From assembly GCA_041690395.1 (NCBI GenBank), contig JAWLHJ010000001.1:1-64000 (forward strand): a stretch of DNA of 64,000 nucleotides, in the 5' to 3' direction. A program made the position numbers and the translations under genes. Source of the stretch: Longimicrobiales bacterium. GTDB lineage: Bacteria; Gemmatimonadota; Gemmatimonadetes; Longimicrobiales; Gaopeijiaceae. Below the pieces are notes generated by a model that was not told where the DNA came from, ran no database searches, and saw only the letters and a list, made by a program, of their open reading frames with translations. Below are positions 17,508 through 26,881 of this stretch, one piece after another. Numbering within the stretch: the first letter of the stretch is position 1; each line of letters begins with the position of its first letter.

Positions 17508-18437
17508 ATGAAACCGGGAGTTCCGTTGCCGGAACCGACATCATCCGCGGTGGAGGCACCCTCCGCCACGACCGGAACCCGAGCGGAGGTCACGCTGCGG
17601 TGCCGCGGGGTCCGAGGTTCCATCCCGAGCCCCGGGCCGGACACGGTGCGGTACGGAGGCAACACGAGCTGCGTCGAGATCCGGTACGACGACGTGACGC
17701 TGACGCTCGACGCCGGATCGGGAATCCGGTCGCTCGGCCGGGACCTCGTGCGCGAGGGCGTGAAGGACCACGCGCTCCTCCTGACCCACTACCACTGGGA
17801 CCACATCCAGGGCTTCCCGTTCTTCGGCCCCCTGCACGATCGGGACAGCACCGTCCACGTGTACGGGCCCGGCCGGAGGGTCGACAGCCTCAGGGAACTC
17901 TTCGAGCGTCAGATGGATCCGCGCTTCTTCCCCGTACCCCTCGACTCGGCCGCGGCCGAGCTCCGCTTCGAGACCGTATCGGAAGGCACGCTGAGCATCG
18001 GGCGGGCGACGGTGCATGCGCTGCGGGTGAAGCACCCTTCGCACGTTCTGGGCTACCGGGTCGAGGTCGGGGGACGCTCGGTCTGCTACGTGCCCGACAA
18101 CGAGCTCGAAGGAGAGGGCTACGAGCTCGGAGCCGACTGGCGCGACCGGATGGTGCGCTTCGCGGGTGACGCCGACGTGCTCATCCACGACGCCATGTAC
18201 ACGGAGCGCGAGTATCGGGGACGCCGGGGATGGGGCCACTCCACCTTCCTCCAGGCGCTCCGGCTGGCGGAAGACGCCGGCGTCGGCCAGCTGCTCTTCT
18301 TCCACCACGATCCCGAGCGCACGGACGACGCGCTGGACCGCATCATGGCCGACGTGCGGTCGGAGGGCCGGGACCCGACCGTCGACGTCGAGGCCGCGGT
18401 CGAGGGAAGCGCCCTCACGGTGGGGGCTCGCTCATGA
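17508..18437 (+). CDS. metallo-beta-lactamase-fold hydrolase (putative cyclic-nucleotide phosphodiesterase)
   Basis: RGSIP...YGGNTSCVE, THYHWDHIQG (HxHxDH), DNE, HDAMY, GWGHST, FHHDP. The PDE role is inferred from context. Confidence 0.85.
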   Translation: MKPGVPLPEPTSSAVEAPSATTGTRAEVTLRCRGVRGSIPSPGPDTVRYGGNTSCVEIRYDDVTLTLDAGSGIRSLGRDLVREGVKDHALLLTHYHWDHIQGFPFFGPLHDRDSTVHVYGPGRRVDSLRELFERQMDPRFFPVPLDSAAAELRFETVSEGTLSIGRATVHALRVKHPSHVLGYRVEVGGRSVCYVPDNELEGEGYELGADWRDRMVRFAGDADVLIHDAMYTEREYRGRRGWGHSTFLQALRLAEDAGVGQLLFFHHDPERTDDALDRIMADVRSEGRDPTVDVEAAVEGSALTVGARS

Positions 18438-20344
18438 GGCGAAGCGTGTTGCGGAGCCCTGGCATGGTCCGCCGGCGAGCGCCCCTGCTCGGCGCCGTCC
18501 TGCTCTCCACGCTCGCCCTCGGGCGGCCGCCCGCCCAGGAGGCGCCGACCCGTTGGGCCCTCCTCATCGGCATCAGCGACTACATCCACTTCGACGACGT
18601 CGAAGGCGGAGACCTCCCCGGCGCCGAGCACGACGCCCGTCGGATGCGGGACGTGCTCGTGACCCGGGGCTTCGTGCCGGCCGAGAACGTGCAGCTCCTC
18701 CTGAACCACGATGCGACACGGGAGGCGATCGAGGAGGGAGTCACCGGCTGGCTGGCCGAGCGAGCCGCCCCGGGCGACAACGTGATCGTCTTCTTCGCCG
18801 GGCACGGGTCGCAGATGTGGGACGAGGACGGTGACGAGGTCGACGGACTCGATGAGACGCTGGCACCCGCGGACGTCCTCGCGGACCGAACCGACATGGA
18901 CATCCCCGACGACCTCTTCGGCGCGTGGCTCGACCAGCTGCCCACCGAGAACGTCGTCGTCATCTTGGACAACTGTAACTCCGGGACCGGAACGCGGGAC
19001 GTCACGCCATTCAGCCGGTCCAGGCAGCTGGGGCGCGACCTCTCGGCCATTCCCAGGCCGCCCGGAGCGCGCACCCGCTCGGTCGGGACCGAGGCCGACC
19101 CATCGGGCTTCGACGCGGGACGCCGAGCGGTGCTGGAGCTCGCCGCGGCCCAGGCGGACCAGGCTGCCGTGGACGTGTTCTTCCCCGCGGAGGACGGGGC
19201 GGAGGCCTTCCACGGCGGCGCGTTCACCACCCACCTCGTGCGCGAGCTGTGGCGAGCCCCGGCGGGTGCGACGTACGAGGAGGTCTTCCGACGGACCTCC
19301 GAGGCGATGAAGCGGAACCGTTTCCAGCAGGACCCGCGCCTCTCGGAAGAGGTGGAGCTGAAGGGCTCGCCCGTCTTCCACGTGGAGGGCGCCGAGCGAG
19401 GGGCCTCGGCCGGCCTCCCGGTCCTGCGGGTGGACGGGGAGCGGGTCGAGCTCGGCGGGGGCGTCGCGCTCGGCATCACGCCAGGCTCCGTGCTCGAATC
19501 CAAAAATGGCGCGCGCCTCGTGGTGACGGCCAGCACCGAGCGATCCGTGCTGGCGGACGTCGTGTCCGGCCGGCCGGGCGGGGGAGAGACCGCCCGGCTC
19601 GTCTCGTACGTCTATCCCCGGCGCCCCCTCCTGGTGAACGTCGCGTCCGTCGACACCGAGCTCGCGAGGGCCCTCGACGGCGCGATCACCGAGGGGGACG
19701 GCGTGGCGCTCGTGGACGACCCCGACGGCTTCAGCCACCTGTTGCTTCGCCGCGCCGGCGACGCGGTGCGCGTGGTCGGCGCGGACGGCTTCGTGCGCCA
19801 CGACGGCCTGGCGGCCGGGGCCACGAGTGTCGGCGTATTGGCGGACGTCCTCCGCCGGGAGGCCGCGTCCAAGCGGTTGGGCGACATGGAGAACCCGGGG
19901 CAGCGCTTCGACGTCACCCTCGAGATGGCCGATGGCCGGACCACCTTCGGGCTCGGCGAGAGCATCGACTTCCGGGTCCGGTCGGAGAGAGCCGGGTATC
20001 TGACCCTGGTGGATCTCGGCACGGACGGGACGGTCGCGGTGCTCATCCCCAACGCCGAGACACCTTCGCTCAGGGTGCCGGCCGGCGTCGAGCTCGTGTA
20101 CCCCGACGAAGAGGGCGTCTATTTCGAGGCGCTCCCGCCGGTGGGAGGCGGGCTCGTCCGCGCGTTCGTCACGAGCGACCCCGTCGAGATCGAGATCCCG
20201 GAGGGTGAGACCTACGCGTACGGCGACGCCGCGTTCGCCGCCTCGGTGCGCGAGGCCGTGGAGGAGGCCGCCGGCCGTGACGGCCCGGGAGTCCTGCTCG
20301 GGTCGTGGGGCTCCGCTTCGCTCGTCTACCGCATCCGGAACTAG
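18434..20344 (+). CDS. exported caspase-family (C14) peptidase with C-terminal DUF4384-like domain
   Basis: Signal-peptide-like N-terminus. ALLIGISDY, FAGHG (catalytic His) and LDNCNSG (catalytic Cys). C-terminal GE.I.F.VRS...GYL.LVD...DG....LIPN. Confidence 0.88.
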   Translation: MRRSVLRSPGMVRRRAPLLGAVLLSTLALGRPPAQEAPTRWALLIGISDYIHFDDVEGGDLPGAEHDARRMRDVLVTRGFVPAENVQLLLNHDATREAIEEGVTGWLAERAAPGDNVIVFFAGHGSQMWDEDGDEVDGLDETLAPADVLADRTDMDIPDDLFGAWLDQLPTENVVVILDNCNSGTGTRDVTPFSRSRQLGRDLSAIPRPPGARTRSVGTEADPSGFDAGRRAVLELAAAQADQAAVDVFFPAEDGAEAFHGGAFTTHLVRELWRAPAGATYEEVFRRTSEAMKRNRFQQDPRLSEEVELKGSPVFHVEGAERGASAGLPVLRVDGERVELGGGVALGITPGSVLESKNGARLVVTASTERSVLADVVSGRPGGGETARLVSYVYPRRPLLVNVASVDTELARALDGAITEGDGVALVDDPDGFSHLLLRRAGDAVRVVGADGFVRHDGLAAGATSVGVLADVLRREAASKRLGDMENPGQRFDVTLEMADGRTTFGLGESIDFRVRSERAGYLTLVDLGTDGTVAVLIPNAETPSLRVPAGVELVYPDEEGVYFEALPPVGGGLVRAFVTSDPVEIEIPEGETYAYGDAAFAASVREAVEEAAGRDGPGVLLGSWGSASLVYRIRN

Positions 20345-20372
20345 TGTTCCTACAGCGTTCTCCGATCGCTCC

Positions 20373-22604
20373 ATGGGCCGACTGAAGGGGCGGCGGCGCG
20401 TCGCCGCGCTCGTGGCGGTGGCCGTCGTCGCCGCGCTCGCGGCGGCGGGCCTCGACGCAGCAGGGAACCTCACCGGGCTCCGCGCGCTCGAGGACCTCAC
20501 CCTCGACCTGCGGCAGCGCACCACGTCCGAGTCCCTCGTTCCGGCGCTCGGCGGCCGGGAAGGCGAGGTGGTGATGGTCATGTTCGACGAGCTGTCCGTG
20601 CTCGACCCCGACTTCGGCTGGCCGTGGATCTCGCCGTTCCCCCGGGGCGCGATCGCGGACGTCGTCGACGCCCTGACCGACGCCGGCGCCCGGACGATCG
20701 GGTTGGACGTCTACCTCGACCGGCTCTTCCCTGGCCTCGACGCGATGGACCAGGGCAACGCGAGGCTCCGGGACGCCATCGAGCGCGCCGGGAACGTCGT
20801 GCTGGCGGCCCCGGTCGAGCGCGGCCCGGACGGCCCCACCGTCGCGCCGCCCCATCCGCACTTCGCCGACGTGGCGGCGGACGTCGGCGCCGCGGAGCTC
20901 CCTGCCGCGTTCGAGACGTTCCGCGACGGCGCGCTCGCCGTGCGGTCGCACGGAGGGCTGGAGCCGTCGTTCGCCCTCGCGCTCTGGGCCCGGTCGCGTG
21001 CCCTCGACGTGGATTCGATTCTGGACGAGGCGGACCGGACCGGCCGTCTCCAGCTTCCTGGACTGCCCCGAGCGGTGGGGCGCGTGCCCGAGGACGGGTC
21101 CATCGTACCGTTCCGCGTCCGCTACGTCGGTCCGCCGTCGAGCCCGGACGCCGGAGCGCCGCCCGGCACCTTTCCGGCCGCCGCGTCCGGGACCGTCCCC
21201 GTGACGGCGTCGTTCGCGCCGGAGCTCTTCCGCGACAAGATCGTGCTGGTCGGGACGGGCTTCCACGACGAGGACAAGTTCCGCACCCCGTTCTACGGGG
21301 CGCTTCCCCCCGCGAGGGCGGAGGCGCCCGAAGCCGAGCGGGAGCCGTACACCTGGATGTTCGGCGTCGAGCTCCATGCCAACGCGCTCCAGAACATGCT
21401 CGACGGCTCTTACGTGCGACCGATGTCGGGCGGCGCACACGCCGTGATGCTCCTGGCGGTCGCGCTCATCGCGGCCGGCGCCACCTTCCTGCTCGGTGCA
21501 GCGTGGGGGGGTGTCGCAACGGTGGCGGCGATTCTCGGCGTCGTCACATGGGCCTTCTGGGGCTGGGCGGGCGTCGTGTACCTGCCGGGCGTGGAGGTGC
21601 TGGAGCTGGGCGCTGGTTTCCTCTGGGTTCCGGTCGCGTCGCCGGCCGTCTCCGCGCTCCTTTCCTACGTGGGGGCGGTGGGGTGGGTCTCCATCGTGGA
21701 GGGGCGGGAGAAGAGGTTCATCAAGAGCGCATTCGGAAAGTATCTCTCCCCGGACGTGGTCGCCGAGATCGCGGACGACCCGGCCTCCCTCGCGCTGGGG
21801 GGCCAGACGCGGCCGCTCAGCATCCTGTTCTCCGACCTCTCCGGCTTCACGAGCCTCTCCGAGCGCCTCGATGCCGAGGCGCTCGTCGCGCTCCTCAACG
21901 AGTATCTCGACGAGATGACGCGCGTGGTGCTCGACGAGCGTGGATATCTCGACAAGTACATCGGCGACGCGATCATGGCGTTCTGGAACGCGCCCCGAGA
22001 CGTGCCGGATCACGCCGAGCGGGCGCTCCGGGCGGCGGTGACGATGCAGCGCGGACTCCGCGAGTTGAACGCCCGGTGGCGAGCGAACGAGGACGGGAGG
22101 CCGAGGCTGCGCGCCCGCATCGGTGTCCATACCGGGGACGCCGTCGTCGGCAACGTCGGTGGCAAGGACCGCTTCGACTACTCCGCCATCGGAGACGCGG
22201 TGAACCTCGCGGCCCGACTCGAGCCGGCCAACGATACGTACGGGACCGCGATCATCGCCTCCCGGGACGCGCTCGAGGCCGCCGGGATTGAGCGATTCCT
22301 GGTCCGGGAGCTCGATCTCGTGAAGGTGAAGGGCAAGTCGCGGCCCGTCGTGATGTACGAGGTGATCGAGTTGGCCGGGAGCGCTCTGCCCCCCGGACGC
22401 ACGGACGCACTCGCGTCGTACGTGGAGGGACTCGAGGCCTACCGGGCCCGCGATTGGGAGGCCGCGCAGGCCCGGTTCCAGGCCGCGCTCGCGGTATGGC
22501 CCGGCGACGGGCCGAGCGAGCTCTATCTCTCGCGCTGCCGGCAGCACCTCGCCGCACCGCCGCCCGATTCATGGGACTACGTGGTGCAGCGGACCGAGAA
22601 GTAG
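20373..22604 (+). CDS. CHASE2-domain class III adenylate cyclase with C-terminal TPR-like helix pair
   Basis: CHASE2 (FPR..IA..VDAL..AGARTIGLD; KIVLVG; GVELHANAL.N.L), 3 TM helices, then FSDLSGFT, DKYIGDAIMA, DYSAIGDAVNLAARLE. Confidence 0.93.
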   Translation: MGRLKGRRRVAALVAVAVVAALAAAGLDAAGNLTGLRALEDLTLDLRQRTTSESLVPALGGREGEVVMVMFDELSVLDPDFGWPWISPFPRGAIADVVDALTDAGARTIGLDVYLDRLFPGLDAMDQGNARLRDAIERAGNVVLAAPVERGPDGPTVAPPHPHFADVAADVGAAELPAAFETFRDGALAVRSHGGLEPSFALALWARSRALDVDSILDEADRTGRLQLPGLPRAVGRVPEDGSIVPFRVRYVGPPSSPDAGAPPGTFPAAASGTVPVTASFAPELFRDKIVLVGTGFHDEDKFRTPFYGALPPARAEAPEAEREPYTWMFGVELHANALQNMLDGSYVRPMSGGAHAVMLLAVALIAAGATFLLGAAWGGVATVAAILGVVTWAFWGWAGVVYLPGVEVLELGAGFLWVPVASPAVSALLSYVGAVGWVSIVEGREKRFIKSAFGKYLSPDVVAEIADDPASLALGGQTRPLSILFSDLSGFTSLSERLDAEALVALLNEYLDEMTRVVLDERGYLDKYIGDAIMAFWNAPRDVPDHAERALRAAVTMQRGLRELNARWRANEDGRPRLRARIGVHTGDAVVGNVGGKDRFDYSAIGDAVNLAARLEPANDTYGTAIIASRDALEAAGIERFLVRELDLVKVKGKSRPVVMYEVIELAGSALPPGRTDALASYVEGLEAYRARDWEAAQARFQAALAVWPGDGPSELYLSRCRQHLAAPPPDSWDYVVQRTEK

Positions 22605-22616
22605 GAGATTCGAGGG

Positions 22617-23639
22617 ATGCCGACGATGCCCACACCCCGCATGCTCCCGCAGGAGCCAGATCTGCGTCGACGGCACGCGCGCGCCGTCACGCGTCGGCGC
22701 CGCGCTGCCGTGGCCGCCCTCGCGCTCGCGCTCGCCCTTCAGCCTCGGGCCGCCTCGGCCCAACAAGGGCCGCCGGCGGCCGACGATCCCGTCGCGCTGG
22801 TCGTCAGGGTCCAGGGCCAGGTGCGCGTGGAGCGAGGGGAGGGCTCGGCTCCGGCCGCCGCCGGGCAGCGCCTCCTGGCCGGCGACCGGGTCGTTCCGGA
22901 GCCTTCCGCCCGCGCGCTCCTCGTCATCCGGTCGGGGGCACAGCAGGTGGTGGACGAGCCCACCACGCTCGCCGCCCCGTCGACGGCCGAGCCCGCGGAC
23001 CTGTTCGCCCGGGCCGTCGCGACGCTCGCTCAGGCCGCCTCGCTCGACGCGACCTTCGGTGGTCGGCAGGGCATGATCCGCCCGATCCCCGGACGGACGT
23101 CGCTTCTGGCCCCCGCCAACGGGCTGACCGTCCTGCCCGGCCGGCCTTCGTTCCTCTGGTCCGCCACGCCGGACGCGCGCTACGAGCTGATGCTGCGACG
23201 GGTCGAGGGCGGTCGCCCGGAGATCTTCGACGTGGGCGCCGACACCACTTGGACCGCCCCCCCCGGCACGCCAGAGCTCATCCCCGGCGCAACGTACGCA
23301 TGGACCGTTTTCGTCGGAGGGCGCGACGGGGGCCGCCCACTCCCACAGCAGGAGTTCCGCATGGCCTCCGCGAGAGAGTCCGACACCTTGGAGACGCACA
23401 TGGACGCGATCCGGATGCTCGGGCTCGACCCGTCGGGGGACGGCCGGGTGCTCGCGGCGATCGTCCTTCGTCAGCTCGACCTGTTCTACGCGGCGAGCGA
23501 CGCCCTCGACGCGCTCCGTCGGGACGGTGTCCCGATGAGCCCCGACCTGCATCGCCTCCACGGGGAGGTCCTCGCCGAGTTGGGCGACCCCGAGGGTGCC
23601 CGCCGGGCGTTCGACCGGGCGGCCGGGAGTCCGCGATGA
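22617..23639 (+). CDS. exported protein: FecR-like N-domain, DUF928-like/Ig middle, TPR C-terminus
   Basis: Signal peptide. VA.V..V.G.V.V....G..L..GD.V pattern, P.F.W...Y...L.PG..Y.W.V segment, and terminal TPR helices. Confidence 0.65.
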   Translation: MPTMPTPRMLPQEPDLRRRHARAVTRRRRAAVAALALALALQPRAASAQQGPPAADDPVALVVRVQGQVRVERGEGSAPAAAGQRLLAGDRVVPEPSARALLVIRSGAQQVVDEPTTLAAPSTAEPADLFARAVATLAQAASLDATFGGRQGMIRPIPGRTSLLAPANGLTVLPGRPSFLWSATPDARYELMLRRVEGGRPEIFDVGADTTWTAPPGTPELIPGATYAWTVFVGGRDGGRPLPQQEFRMASARESDTLETHMDAIRMLGLDPSGDGRVLAAIVLRQLDLFYAASDALDALRRDGVPMSPDLHRLHGEVLAELGDPEGARRAFDRAAGSPR

Positions 23640-25300
23640 CCGACCCCGAGGCCACCACCCGGGACGACGAGACGCTCACCGATCTGGAGCGGACTCGCGC
23701 AGAGCTCGACCGCGCCCGCGCCGAGCTCAGGGAGCTGAACCGGATCGGCGCCCTGCTCATGAGCGAGCGCGATCCCACCCGCCTCATGGACACGATCCTC
23801 TCTCAGGCCAGGGCCCTCACCAGCTCGGACGCCGGGAGCCTCTACCTGGTCGAGTGCGATGAGGACGGCCGGGAGCTGCTGCACTTCCTGGGTGCCCAGA
23901 ACGACACGCTCCCGGACCTCCCCCCCGTCGACTTCACGCTCCCGCTCGACGAGCACTCCATCGCCGGGTACGCCGCGGTCTCGGGTAAGCCGCTCGTGCT
24001 CGACGACGTCTACGAGCTGTCCGACGAGCTTCCGTACTCGTTCAACAGGGCCGTCTACGACGAGCGATACGGCTACCGCGCCAAGTCGATGCTCGTGGTG
24101 CCCATGCTCGACCACAAGGACAACGTCGTCGGGGTGCTGCAGCTCATCAATCGAAAGCGCGATCGGGCCGCATCGGTGCGCACCGACGAAGACGCCAGCC
24201 GGGTCGTGCTCCCGTACACCGACCGCGAGGTGACTCTCGTGTCGTCTCTCGCCGGGCAGGCCGCGGTCTCCATCGAGAACGGTCGCCTCTACCGGGACAT
24301 CCAGGACCTCTTCGCCGGCTTCATCAAGGCCGCGGTGACGGCGATCGACCGCCGGGACCCGACCACGGCCGGGCACTCGGTGCGCGTCACGGAGCTGACC
24401 TGTGCCATGGCCGAGCTCATGAACGAGCAGAGCGAGGGCCCGTTCGCCGATGTCCACTTCGAGGCGGACGACCTCAAGCAGCTACGCTACGCCGGATTGC
24501 TCCACGACTTCGGCAAGGTCGGCGTGCGCGAGGAGACGCTCGTCAAGCGGAACAAGCTCCCTCCCGTGCTCGAGGCCGGGGTCGAGAGCCGCTTCAAGGT
24601 GATCCGGCGCACCCTGGAGCGCGCGGCCGCCGAGGAACGCGCGGCGCTGCTCGAAAAGGCGGCGGAGCGCGGCCGGACGGTGGACTTCGTCGCGAGCGAC
24701 CTGGCGGACGTCGACGACCGCCTCCGTCGGGAGCTCGCCGAGCTCGACCGGTTCTGGACGACCGTCCGTGAAGCCAACGTGCCCCGCATGCTCGACCAGG
24801 AGGCGGAGGAGGTCCTGACGGAGATCGCGGCCCGAACCTTCGAGGACACCGATGGGCTCGCCCGTCCTTACCTCACCGAGGAGGAGCTCCACTACCTCTC
24901 GATCAGGAAGGGGAATCTCGACGCGCGTGAGCGGGCCCAGATCGAGTCGCACGTCATCCACTCGTACGACTTCCTGCTCGACATCCCCTGGACGGACGAG
25001 CTCTCCCGGATCGCCGAGATCGTGCGCGGTCATCACGAGAAGCTCGACGGGTCCGGATACCCGGACGGGGTGAAGGGTGACGCGCTCTCGATCGAGACCC
25101 GCATCATGACGGTGTGCGACATCTTCGACGCGCTGACCGCCTCGGACCGCCCCTACAAGAAGGCGATGCCCGTGGATCGCGCGCTGGACATCCTGCGCGA
25201 GGACGCGGCGAGGGGCGCTCTCGACGCCGACATCGTCGAGCTCTTCATCGAGAGCGAGGTATACCGCGTGGTGCTGGACAGGGACTGGCGCGACTTATAG
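23636..25300 (+). CDS. GAF + HD-GYP cyclic-dinucleotide phosphodiesterase
   Basis: GAF (SMLVVPM...VGVLQLIN), TAGHS.RV, LLHDFGK, HHEKLDGSGYP, DIFDALT..RPYK. Confidence 0.92.
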   Translation: MTDPEATTRDDETLTDLERTRAELDRARAELRELNRIGALLMSERDPTRLMDTILSQARALTSSDAGSLYLVECDEDGRELLHFLGAQNDTLPDLPPVDFTLPLDEHSIAGYAAVSGKPLVLDDVYELSDELPYSFNRAVYDERYGYRAKSMLVVPMLDHKDNVVGVLQLINRKRDRAASVRTDEDASRVVLPYTDREVTLVSSLAGQAAVSIENGRLYRDIQDLFAGFIKAAVTAIDRRDPTTAGHSVRVTELTCAMAELMNEQSEGPFADVHFEADDLKQLRYAGLLHDFGKVGVREETLVKRNKLPPVLEAGVESRFKVIRRTLERAAAEERAALLEKAAERGRTVDFVASDLADVDDRLRRELAELDRFWTTVREANVPRMLDQEAEEVLTEIAARTFEDTDGLARPYLTEEELHYLSIRKGNLDARERAQIESHVIHSYDFLLDIPWTDELSRIAEIVRGHHEKLDGSGYPDGVKGDALSIETRIMTVCDIFDALTASDRPYKKAMPVDRALDILREDAARGALDADIVELFIESEVYRVVLDRDWRDL

Positions 25301-25345
25301 AACGGTGGGGGCCCGGGTCCGGAACGCTGATCCGGGGGCCCGTGG

Positions 25346-26710
25346 CTAGGGCGAGGAGCCCGCGGGGCTGGCCGCGTCCACTTCGGGGTATCGTCGTCCC
25401 AGCCAGTCGAACGCGCCCTTGAGCCCCCATGCCGCGCCGCCCGCGATGAGCCCGACGGCCATCCAGCGGAGCACCGTAGCCGCGAAGCCCAGGTCGAGCG
25501 TCGGCATCGTGATGTCGTACTGCAGGAAATCCGCACCCCGCTCGGTCATCCAGTGCCAGCCGGTGTGCGCCAGGATCGCCGACAGCACGATGGCCCCGGC
25601 CTTCTCCGGCACGCCCTTCCGGAACGCGAGCTCCAGCGCGGGCGCCACGAGCAGCAGAACGAAGATCTGACCGAGCTCGACGCCCACGTTGAACGCCAGG
25701 AGCGAGGTGAGCAGATGGGCACCGGCGAACTGGAGCGACTCCGACAGCACGAAGGAGAAGCCGAAGCCGTGCACCAGGCCGAAGCCGAACGCGATCGCCC
25801 AACGCCGGTGCAGCTTCGCACCCAGAATGTTCTCGAACGCCATGTAGACGATCGACAGGGCGATGAGCGTTTCGATGAGCGGTGGGAACCAGAGCGCGTC
25901 CGGAGCGAGGCCGAGCGCAGAGGCGATGAGCGTGATGGAGTGGGCCACGGTGAACGCGGTCACCATGGGAATGAGCGCACGCACGCTCCGGAACGGGACG
26001 ACGAGGCAGAGCAGGAAGAGGAGGTGGTCGATGCCGTCGAGGATGTGGTCGAAGCCCAGCACCACGAAGCGCAGGGCGGCCTGGTGCCAGCGCGGATCGA
26101 GCCGTACGAGTCCGGGGTTGCCCGTGTACTGGAACACCCGCTCGGTCTGGTCGTCCGGAAGGAACCGGAGGACGGTGACGGTACGGAGACCGAGATGGGC
26201 GAAGCCCGGGTCGATGGAAAACTCCGAGGCCGTCGACTCGATCGGTGCCTCGAACAGCACGTCGAGCATGGCCTGCTGCCAGAACAGCTGAATGCCGTCG
26301 GAGAGCGGAGCGGAGCGCACGTTGGCGAGCGCCGTCTCGTACGACGCGAACGAAAGGTCACCCGGTGCCGACACCCGCGCGGCGACGAGCTCGAGCCCTT
26401 CGAGCGTCCCTCCGTTCTCCCGCAGCGCGACGTAGTCGCCGATCCACTGCTGGGCCGCGTCGCGGATCATCTGCTCGGACTCGGAGATCTCGAGGTAGCC
26501 CGGTCCGCGGAGCGGGAACTCGTAGTCGCGCATCGCCTCGAGCGGCACCCGGACAATCAGCCTCATCCGGTCGCCGTCGGGCTTCACGAACGCCTGGACC
26601 GTCACGTCGACCGGAATCTCGTGCGCCTCGGGCCACGACGGCAGGAGGAGCACGAAGGCCACGAGTAAGGCCGCGGTGCGGGGCAGGGAGAGTCCTGAGA
26701 GACGTGACAT
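25346..26710 (-). CDS. HupE/UreJ family membrane protein with periplasmic N-domain
   Basis: AH after the signal peptide. HILDGIDHLLFL, TAFTVAHSITL, FGLVHGFGF, FNVGVELGQ. Confidence 0.88.
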   Translation of the reverse strand: MSRLSGLSLPRTAALLVAFVLLLPSWPEAHEIPVDVTVQAFVKPDGDRMRLIVRVPLEAMRDYEFPLRGPGYLEISESEQMIRDAAQQWIGDYVALRENGGTLEGLELVAARVSAPGDLSFASYETALANVRSAPLSDGIQLFWQQAMLDVLFEAPIESTASEFSIDPGFAHLGLRTVTVLRFLPDDQTERVFQYTGNPGLVRLDPRWHQAALRFVVLGFDHILDGIDHLLFLLCLVVPFRSVRALIPMVTAFTVAHSITLIASALGLAPDALWFPPLIETLIALSIVYMAFENILGAKLHRRWAIAFGFGLVHGFGFSFVLSESLQFAGAHLLTSLLAFNVGVELGQIFVLLLVAPALELAFRKGVPEKAGAIVLSAILAHTGWHWMTERGADFLQYDITMPTLDLGFAATVLRWMAVGLIAGGAAWGLKGAFDWLGRRYPEVDAASPAGSSP

Positions 26711-26881
26711 CCGCGCCGTCCGGAGCAAGGGTTTCAGGGAGGCGCGAAGTTACGGCCGGAGTCGTTCGGGAGACAAGCGGTGGCCTCACGGATTGCAGAA
26801 CCGGCCGGCGACCCGTAGCCTACCCCGATGTGGCGCGGCCCCTCGGCCGCCCGGGAACGTCAAGACTGGAGTGAAGCACCC

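Noticed and set aside
16006..25300. CBASS, Pycsar, type III CRISPR-linked caspase or gasdermin defence system
   Set aside because: No CD-NTase, Cas or gasdermin is recognisable. The cyclase is a membrane CHASE2 enzyme with adenine-type specificity residues and the caspase appears exported. A defence role cannot be fully excluded.
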